A stretch of DNA of 64,000 nucleotides from Candidatus Spongiisociaceae bacterium (GTDB lineage: Bacteria > Actinomycetota > Acidimicrobiia > Spongiisociales > Spongiisociaceae), in the NCBI GenBank assembly GCA_965213975.1, contig OZ243930.1, positions 2,360,880 to 2,424,879 on the forward strand, given 5' to 3'. The notes below the pieces were generated by a model that did no database searches, was not told the DNA's origin, and saw only the letters and a list, made by a program, of their open reading frames with translations. This document shows, in pieces, positions 57,294 through 64,000 of this stretch. Within the stretch, counting starts at the first letter, position 1; each line of letters opens with the position of its first letter. A program made the position numbers and the translations under genes.

Positions 57294-59021
57294 TCAGAGG
57301 CCCTCGAAAGGGTCTCCTTCCTCGACGGCTTCCTCGGCCCGGGTCGCCCACGGCGGGAAGGGGAAGGTGAGCACGACCGGGACGGGTACGGAAGGTTGGG
57401 ATAGGACCATGGTTCCGGGTTTGAACAGTCGGGCTCGGGCTCGGGTGGAGGGGAGCATCCACCCATACTCGGAGCGCTCGGCCTCGGCGGCGTCCAATCG
57501 CCCGGCTACCCGAAGCGAGGCGTTCTCCATGACTTCGGGAGCGACCCGCGAAGCGGTCTGTTGAGCACCGACCAGCAAGACCCCCAGCGACCTGCCCCGC
57601 TGAGCGATGTCAACCAGCATCTCCTTGATCGGGCTCCGGCCGTCGCGGGGCGCGTACTTGTTCAGCTCGTCAAGGACTATCACCGACAGGGGAAGACGAC
57701 CTCCGGCTGCCTCCTTGTCGCGAAAGGTCTCTTTCAGCATCGCCCCGACCACGAAGCGCTGCCCCAAGTCGTGGAGGGTCTGGATAGAGATGACGGTTAC
57801 CTGCGCGGCGTTCCGGGCGACCCGTCGGCTCGATCCGGCCCTGATCAGGTGTCCCAGCCGGCTGCGGGCGGCATACAGGCGGCGCATGAAGGCGGAGACG
57901 GTGCCAGCCTGCACCCTCCCCGACCAGCCGAAGTCGGGTTCTCCCTCTGGAGGATCCAAGTAACCCTCGAGGGCATCGACCAAGTCACCCAGATTGCGGA
58001 TTACCTTCTCTCCCCGGTCGGCGACGACGGGATCCCGGTGAGGGGATCCGGGCGTGGGTTCTCGCAGGACGACGGCACCCGGCTCACCGACTACGTCCAC
58101 GGCCCAACGCTTCAGGCGGGAGCGGACCCGCTCCTCCACGAAGGAAATCTGGTTGCGGTGATCGGATGCGTCGGTGAACAGGAACGTCAGGAGACCCTCG
58201 TCGATGAACTCGCGGGGTGTCCAGGAAAACCCCTTAATGCATTCCATGCGCCCGCCGGTGTCGGGAAGCGGAATCCCTCCAGACTGGCGGCGAAGGGGGG
58301 CCCAGAAAGATACCGAGTCGAACGGTTGGGCGGGGACACCAAGTTGACCCCACCCAGCGGCCGCCTCATCGTCTAGGTAACGGTTGGGCTTGTCGAGCCA
58401 CAGCAGATCTTCTCCCTTGACGTTGAAGACCAGAACCCGCAAGTTGGCGGCCGCCTCACCCACGATCTGTGGATGGGCGGTGAGCATGCGGATAAAGAAC
58501 AACGCGTACGAAGTCTTCGTGGCCACCCCGGAAATACCGGAGATCGACATGTGTCCACCCTTGCGCCCGTCGAAGAAGTCAAGATCGGCGAATACGGGAG
58601 CACCGTCCCTCCCCAAACCGATCGGTAACGCCCGGTCCATCTCATCCTTGTAGAGGGCCTTGTCCCGTTCGGTGCCAGCTACCTTGTACACCTCACCGCC
58701 CGGGTCCGGTGCCACCCACACCTCCGGATCCACCCGGCTGACCGCTACCTCGGCCACGCGGATCTTGGTGGAGGGCTGACTGCCGTACTCGGCGATCCGG
58801 ACGGTGTCGGACACCCAGGAAGCTCCTTCGTAGATACTCTCCGTCTCGGTGACCACCCCATAGGTCTCCAGGCGGCCCAAACCGGGCACCTCGGTGGCGA
58901 CCATCACCAGGTCGTCGAGCTGAAGATAGGCATCCTCGTCAAGCAGGACCTTGAAGCCCGCGGTGTTGGCGGCTTCGGATGCGACCACCCGACCCACCCT
59001 GATGCTGTCTTCGACGGTCAT
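57294..59021 (-). CDS. HerA-family ATPase
   Basis: N-terminal HAS-barrel-like region, SGISGVATKTSY, FNVKGEDL, VLDELNKYAP, RGRSLG..LVGAQQ. Confidence 0.88.
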   Translation of the reverse strand: MTVEDSIRVGRVVASEAANTAGFKVLLDEDAYLQLDDLVMVATEVPGLGRLETYGVVTETESIYEGASWVSDTVRIAEYGSQPSTKIRVAEVAVSRVDPEVWVAPDPGGEVYKVAGTERDKALYKDEMDRALPIGLGRDGAPVFADLDFFDGRKGGHMSISGISGVATKTSYALFFIRMLTAHPQIVGEAAANLRVLVFNVKGEDLLWLDKPNRYLDDEAAAGWGQLGVPAQPFDSVSFWAPLRRQSGGIPLPDTGGRMECIKGFSWTPREFIDEGLLTFLFTDASDHRNQISFVEERVRSRLKRWAVDVVGEPGAVVLREPTPGSPHRDPVVADRGEKVIRNLGDLVDALEGYLDPPEGEPDFGWSGRVQAGTVSAFMRRLYAARSRLGHLIRAGSSRRVARNAAQVTVISIQTLHDLGQRFVVGAMLKETFRDKEAAGGRLPLSVIVLDELNKYAPRDGRSPIKEMLVDIAQRGRSLGVLLVGAQQTASRVAPEVMENASLRVAGRLDAAEAERSEYGWMLPSTRARARLFKPGTMVLSQPSVPVPVVLTFPFPPWATRAEEAVEEGDPFEGL

Positions 59022-60031
59022 CCGAAACCTCCCATCCGGGATCGATGGTGCCGATACGCAGTGTCCTCCAAGGCCCGCACCATGAACTCTCTAGGGCCAA
59101 GTCGACGAGAAAGCTCCCGCTCCAGAGCGCCGATCGGAACCAGATTCTGGGGTGCCCTACGGTCGATATGGCGCTCAGAGCCCAGTCGAGGCAACAGTTG
59201 GGCGGTCCAATCGGCGATCCGGGCCGCTCGGCCCCTGCCTAATGAGGCGGCGACCTCGCAACGGACGATGCTCGACCAGGCGGACCGGCCCGCCGGGTCC
59301 TCGAGTTGTACGTACCACGCATAGCGTGGGCTGCGTTCGTAGCCGATAAGGAACAAAGGGCTACGCTCCCCCGACGCCAGCCGACCCACCACCTGGTTTT
59401 CCGTCTCGGCGAGGTATTCAACGAAATGGCGCTTTATGTAACCGACCATGCCGTGACCGTCGCGGCCAGACCGGGAGTCGATCTCGTTGATCGTGCCGTC
59501 GGCGATAACCAGGCGGCCTGGTCCCGCCATACGGGCCGCCAATTCCGCCTCGGCTAAGCGCATGAGTCTCTGCACCCGGTCCACCAACTTGACCCGATCC
59601 AGTTCGGGGATCGACTCGGCACGAAGCTGACCCGGGAACTCGTCTTGGAGATCTAGCAATCTTCCTCCGGCCATTATCAGCAGCCTCTCGACCGTTATTC
59701 CCTCATACCACGACCTCCTCGCCTCGCGATCCCAGACCACCGCGCCTACCCCGAAGGCCGCCATGACTCCGGGGACCGCCCCCGACGGATCATCAAGGGT
59801 CAGCCAAGCTTCGATCCGTCTGACCCCGTCCACGAACACCACCTCGTCCGGGGCATCCCGCGAGGAACCGGGGAGGGGCTGCCAGCGGTCGGTTTCGACC
59901 CGATGGTCGACCGGCGCGGTCGGTCCACGTGCGTCGCCTGTCTCGCCGGTCTCAAGAGGACTCCCGTATTCCGGCGACCAACTCTCCACCGAGATACGAG
60001 CGTCGGGGTCCATAGTACGGGTCGGTTCCAT
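59018..60031 (-). CDS. NurA-like nuclease
   Basis: FVDGVRR, IADG, GYIKRH, RAPQNLVPIGALE; ATGA-coupled to the herA-like gene. Confidence 0.75.
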   Translation of the reverse strand: MEPTRTMDPDARISVESWSPEYGSPLETGETGDARGPTAPVDHRVETDRWQPLPGSSRDAPDEVVFVDGVRRIEAWLTLDDPSGAVPGVMAAFGVGAVVWDREARRSWYEGITVERLLIMAGGRLLDLQDEFPGQLRAESIPELDRVKLVDRVQRLMRLAEAELAARMAGPGRLVIADGTINEIDSRSGRDGHGMVGYIKRHFVEYLAETENQVVGRLASGERSPLFLIGYERSPRYAWYVQLEDPAGRSAWSSIVRCEVAASLGRGRAARIADWTAQLLPRLGSERHIDRRAPQNLVPIGALERELSRRLGPREFMVRALEDTAYRHHRSRMGGFG

Positions 60032-60081
60032 AGTCCGGCATGGTAATTACGGGGTGTGACATGCCACCCGGCCGACTACCG

Positions 60082-61431
60082 TCACCTCTCGGCGATGAGC
60101 CTGAGAACCGAGCCGGAAGCGGCCAGCACGTATACCTCGCCGTCTGCGTCCGAACCGAAGGACACCACCTGTCCGGCATTGCCCACTTGGTCGGTCCAGT
60201 CAGACACCTCGGGGGTTGGATCGTCGACCGGGAAGCTTCGGAGGTAGCCGCCGCAGTAGTCAGAGAACAGATAGTGGCCGGTTAGTTCTGGTATCTCGAC
60301 ACCCCGATACACCACCCCTCCCGTGATGGAGCATGACCCACCGTCGCCATGATCGATCTCGACCACCGGCAGGGTCAGGCCGACCGGGTCGCATCCGCTG
60401 GGGGGCTCGAAGCAGTGCCGCCCCTCGGTGATCGGCCACCCGTAGTTGAGTCCGGGGGTTGCGACCGGGGCAACGGATACCTCCTCGAACAAGTTCTGGC
60501 CTACATCGGCGATGACTATGAGGCCGGTCGGGTGGTCGATCGTGAACCGCCATGGGTTCCGCAGCCCGATTGCCCACGCTTCTGGGGTAGGGAACGGGTT
60601 TCCAGGGGCCGGAACAAGCTGACCCGGTTGGGAGGCATCGAATCGGAGCAAGGCCCCCAGGGGAGTGTCTGGGTTCTGTCCGTGGCCGAAGCGGTCGGCG
60701 GCACCACCCCCATCCCCGAGACCCACGTACAGGTATCCATCGGGTCCGAACATAATCGTACCGCCGTTGTGGTTGGGGGCTGGTTGCTGCGTACGCCAGA
60801 GAATGGTCTCGGATTCGGGCGTGACCCGGCTGCCTTCAGATCGGTACTCGGCGAGCACCGTATCCCCATTGTGGGCGGTGTAGTGCACGAATACGCGGCC
60901 CGAGCCGGGGTAATCGGGGGAAAAGGCCATGCCCAGCAATCCTTGTTCCCCCCGATTGCGTACCCGATCGGTTATGTCGAGCCAGGGATCCGACTGGAGA
61001 TTGCCACCGTCGAGGATCCAGACTCTCCCCTCTTTGGAAGCGACGGCCAGAACCTTGCCACCCGGAACAGACTCGGCATGAATCGGGTAGTCCACGGTCA
61101 CAACTTCCTGGTAGCGGAGTTTCCTAAGGGGAGGGAGCGCGCCGGGTACAGGATCTCCCGGATCAGGGTCCGTGGTCGACACGGGTCCAGTCGTCGTCGA
61201 GGGCCGGGCCGGCGCGCTGGACGGGACGGGTGCGGTGGAGGACGGCTGGGAAGGCGTCGGCGGTGTGGTCTGCGGAGAGAGGGAGGCGGTCGTGGTCGTG
61301 GCGGCAATCGCCTCACCATCGCCGCGAGGCACCCCGACGGTTGGGGCGGGCGCGTCGACACCGGAACAGGCACCGACCCCCAGCACCAACACCATCACTG
61401 CGCATCGGCCTCTCCAACCCATCGAAGTCAC
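60082..61431 (-). CDS. PQQ-dependent sugar dehydrogenase (GSDH) family lipoprotein
   Basis: Lipobox GVGAC, Pro/Thr linker, EQGLLG.AF.P, NHNGG, GDGG, GLRNPWR, DVGQ. Confidence 0.9.
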   Translation of the reverse strand: MTSMGWRGRCAVMVLVLGVGACSGVDAPAPTVGVPRGDGEAIAATTTTASLSPQTTPPTPSQPSSTAPVPSSAPARPSTTTGPVSTTDPDPGDPVPGALPPLRKLRYQEVVTVDYPIHAESVPGGKVLAVASKEGRVWILDGGNLQSDPWLDITDRVRNRGEQGLLGMAFSPDYPGSGRVFVHYTAHNGDTVLAEYRSEGSRVTPESETILWRTQQPAPNHNGGTIMFGPDGYLYVGLGDGGGAADRFGHGQNPDTPLGALLRFDASQPGQLVPAPGNPFPTPEAWAIGLRNPWRFTIDHPTGLIVIADVGQNLFEEVSVAPVATPGLNYGWPITEGRHCFEPPSGCDPVGLTLPVVEIDHGDGGSCSITGGVVYRGVEIPELTGHYLFSDYCGGYLRSFPVDDPTPEVSDWTDQVGNAGQVVSFGSDADGEVYVLAASGSVLRLIAER

Positions 61432-61500
61432 CCTACCGGTACCTTCCCGACTACCCCAGCGCCTGTCGTCGGGTGGGTCGCGGCCGGTAGAGTGCCTACC

Positions 61501-62877
61501 GTGGTTAGATCATCCCCCCCGACCGGCCTGGTCCGCGACGACCGGAAGACCATTTTCGGGTGGGCCATGTACGACTGGGCAGTCTCCGCCTACTCAGTGA
61601 TCCTGGGGGCGGTTTTGCCGGCCTTTTTCTCCGAGTTCATGGTAGGTGAGGAGGGGTGGAACGGGTGGTCGGCGGAGACGATCTGGGCGGGAACCATCTC
61701 GGTTGCCTCGACGGCATTGTTCGTGGCGATGCCGGTGCTCGGGGCGGTTGCCGACTTCAGCGGAGGCAAGCGTCGCTTAATGCGCCTGTTCATGCTGGTC
61801 GGAGTTACCTTCCTCGCCGCATCGGCCGTGGTACCGGACCGTAGCGTTCCCCTGTTCGTAATCATGGTCCTTGGCTCATATCTGGCCTTTGTGGCCTCCA
61901 ACGTCTTCTACGACGGATTTCTCACGGACATCGCCAGCGACGAGACGGTGGACGCCGTGTCATCCAAGGGCTACGCCTTCGGGTATGTGGGAGGTGGCAT
62001 CCTTCTGGTCCTGTCGGTGTCCCTGCTCTTCCTGAGCGGTGAAGACAGTGTCACCGGGTTATCGACTAACGCCGCCGCCAGAACGGTGATGGTCCTATCT
62101 GGGCTGTGGTGGTTGGGTTTCGGCCTCTACTCCCTTTCCCACCTGGATGACTCTTCTCCCGCGTCCCCGCTCCCGAAGCGCTACTCACAGATGACCAAAT
62201 GGCGCGCCTACGCGATGATCGGGTTCGGGCGTACCTTCGACACCGCCCGCAAGTTCCGCTACTTCCCCCATCTTCTCCTCTTTATCACGGCCTACATCTT
62301 CTACAACGACGGAGTCCAGACGGTGATCAGCATCGCCGGTGTCTTCGCTTCCGACACCCTAGGCCTCGACCTCACCACCATCACCGGCGCCTTTCTCCTC
62401 GTCCAGTTCGTAGCCTTCGGGGGAGCTTTCCTGTTCGGGGCGATAGCCGCTCGGATAGGGGCCAAGCGGTCGATTCTGGTCGCTATCGTCATCTTCTCCG
62501 GGCTCATCGCCGGTGCCTACTTCTTGCCCGAAGGCCAGGCGGTCCCCTTCTACGCCCTAGCCGCCCTAGTGGGTTTGGTTATGGGTGGCGTTCAGGCGTT
62601 GAGTCGAAGCCTCTACGCCACCATGATCCCGCCGGACTCCCCGGCGGAGTTCTTCGGATTCTTCACGGTGTTCTCCAAGTTCTCGGCGATATGGGGGCCC
62701 CTCGTCTACAGCTTGGTCAGCCATAGCACCGGCAGCGGTCGGCCCGCCGTCTTCTCGCTGGTGGGGTTCTTCATAGTCGGCGGGATTTTGCTCGCCCGGG
62801 TGGATGTCGCTAAGGCTCAGGCTTCGAGAGGGGACTGGTCTCGGCTGGGATCAGGGCCCTCCCCACGGGACGCTTAG
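61501..62877 (+). CDS. MFS transporter (UMF1/ATG22-like)
   Basis: GWAMYDWA, SSKGYAFGYVGG, YNDGVQT, GGVQALSRS, EFFGF; start approximate. Confidence 0.9.
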   Translation: MVRSSPPTGLVRDDRKTIFGWAMYDWAVSAYSVILGAVLPAFFSEFMVGEEGWNGWSAETIWAGTISVASTALFVAMPVLGAVADFSGGKRRLMRLFMLVGVTFLAASAVVPDRSVPLFVIMVLGSYLAFVASNVFYDGFLTDIASDETVDAVSSKGYAFGYVGGGILLVLSVSLLFLSGEDSVTGLSTNAAARTVMVLSGLWWLGFGLYSLSHLDDSSPASPLPKRYSQMTKWRAYAMIGFGRTFDTARKFRYFPHLLLFITAYIFYNDGVQTVISIAGVFASDTLGLDLTTITGAFLLVQFVAFGGAFLFGAIAARIGAKRSILVAIVIFSGLIAGAYFLPEGQAVPFYALAALVGLVMGGVQALSRSLYATMIPPDSPAEFFGFFTVFSKFSAIWGPLVYSLVSHSTGSGRPAVFSLVGFFIVGGILLARVDVAKAQASRGDWSRLGSGPSPRDA

Positions 62878-62920
62878 GGGCTGCCGCTCACTACCATGCC
62901 CCCAAGCTCGGGAGGTTGTC

Positions 62921-63484
62921 ATGAAGATCACACAGTCCATCCGGATCACTGCGGATCCTGCCACCGTATTTTCCTTCTTCCAAGACGTGCCTGCCGTAGC
63001 CCAATGCATGCCGGGCGCGGAACTCTCCGAAGATCTAGGCGGGGGCAACTACCGGGGTTCTGTAGCCGTTCGGCTCGGCCCCATGACCGCCCGCTTCGAA
63101 GGCCAAGCTGAGGTGTCCAGCGATCCGGACGCCCTGGCTGGCACCATCAACGGTAAGGGCGTGGACCGCCGGGGTGGTTCCCGGGGAAACGTAAAGGTTC
63201 GTTACCAGGTAAGCGCAGCCGATGACGGGACCCTGGTTGACGTCGACGCTGACCTGACCATCGCCGGGACCGCCGCCCAGTTCGGCCGCACCGGGCTCCT
63301 CAACCAGATCTCCCAACGACTTATCAGTGAGTTCGTGGCCTGCCTGGAAGCAAAACTCCTGGCGGCTAACCCAGATGAGGCCGCAGACATCCGGGCCGAC
63401 GACGTCAAAGGCGTATCCCTGGTGGTGTCAGCCTTAGGCTCCAAGGCCGCCAGCGGTGCCAAGAAACTCCTGGGTCGGGACTGA
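62921..63484 (+). CDS. CoxG/SRPBCC family protein
   Basis: VAQCMPGAEL, G.AAQFGR; RBS GGAGG. Confidence 0.85.
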   Translation: MKITQSIRITADPATVFSFFQDVPAVAQCMPGAELSEDLGGGNYRGSVAVRLGPMTARFEGQAEVSSDPDALAGTINGKGVDRRGGSRGNVKVRYQVSAADDGTLVDVDADLTIAGTAAQFGRTGLLNQISQRLISEFVACLEAKLLAANPDEAADIRADDVKGVSLVVSALGSKAASGAKKLLGRD

Positions 63485-63493
63485 ACCGACCTT

Positions 63494-64000
63494 CTAGCTG
63501 GCCATCTCTTGAATGAGAAAGTCGAGACAGGCCACCAGCGCCTCCATATCAGAACGAGGTATGGACGGCCACAGCCCGATCCGGAGCTGATTCCTGCCTA
63601 GCTTCCGGTAGCCCTCGGTATCCACGACCCCGTTTGCCCTCAATACAGCGGCCAGGTCGTCGGCCGACACCGACGGATCGAAATCTATGGTGGCTGTGAC
63701 TGGTGACCGGAGAGCCGGGGGGCCGACAAAGGGTTCGGCCAGAGGATGCCGCTCCGCCCAACCGTACAATACGGCGGCGTTCTCGCGGCAGCGCGCCGCG
63801 GACCAGGACAGCCCGCCTTGGGCGTTGAACCATTCCACCGTGTCAGCCAACAAGTAGATGGTGGCCAGGGCCGGGGTGTTATAGGTCTGATCCTTGACCG
63901 AGTTGGCAACGGCGGAGGACAGCGACAAGAAGGGCGGGATCCATCGGCCCGATCGGGCGACACGGTCCACCCGCTCCAACGCTCGCGGCGAGCACAAGGC
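63494..64000 (-). CDS. serC: Phosphoserine aminotransferase (actinobacterial type), C-terminal part
   Basis: QTYNTPALATI, RSPVTATIDF, LRANGVVDTEGYRKLGRNQLRI. Confidence 0.92.
   Translation of the reverse strand, partial: ALCSPRALERVDRVARSGRWIPPFLSLSSAVANSVKDQTYNTPALATIYLLADTVEWFNAQGGLSWSAARCRENAAVLYGWAERHPLAEPFVGPPALRSPVTATIDFDPSVSADDLAAVLRANGVVDTEGYRKLGRNQLRIGLWPSIPRSDMEALVACLDFLIQEMAS

Noticed and set aside
57293-57466. Pro-rich N-terminal extension of SbcD
   Set aside because: Overlaps the herA-like 3' end; the canonical MRILHTSDWH start is at 57292
60349-61500. Apparent 842-aa MFS fusion protein
   Set aside because: The N-terminal ~380 aa are the antisense shadow of the GSDH gene; MFS motifs begin near 61501
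1-64000. tRNA, rRNA, integrase or prophage genes
   Set aside because: None recognised by eye; tRNAscan-SE/Infernal would be needed to exclude small RNAs formally

Overview
High-GC actinobacterial chromosome segment; the gene complement and protein style suggest Acidimicrobiia (inference). Left to right: (1) a catabolic operon with a sugar ABC importer, a stand-alone lipoyl domain, a divergent AdoCbl acyl-CoA-mutase large subunit, an AMP-forming ligase, a citryl-CoA-lyase-like protein and an AstE/AspA-fold protein (1.9-10.8 kb); (2) an accessory/defence patch with a frameshifted AbrB antitoxin plus PIN toxin, a Snf2 helicase and an AlbA_2 ATPase (10.9-16.5 kb); (3) housekeeping genes (panB, putP-like, rnhA, ABC exporters, deoC-aldh-aldh, rmuC); (4) a decay patch (ISL3 remnant, esterase pseudogene, AAA/DUF4143 gene, Fic remnant); (5) an ABC operon and metG; (6) a 6-kb acyl-CoA catabolic cassette bracketed by two inverted ~190-nt non-coding elements, each with its own promoter and adjacent IS110-like recombinase debris; (7) speB, a nurA-herA-sbcD-sbcC operon, a GSDH lipoprotein, an MFS transporter, coxG-like and partial serC. 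No rRNA, tRNA or CRISPR array was recognised. The two top leads are a mutase that keeps its catalytic residues but has a rewritten CoA tunnel next to a free lipoyl carrier, and the orphan IS110 bridge-RNA-like elements sitting among a dispersed CCCAACTGGCAAC intergenic repeat family. All family calls come from motif recognition by eye, without database searches.
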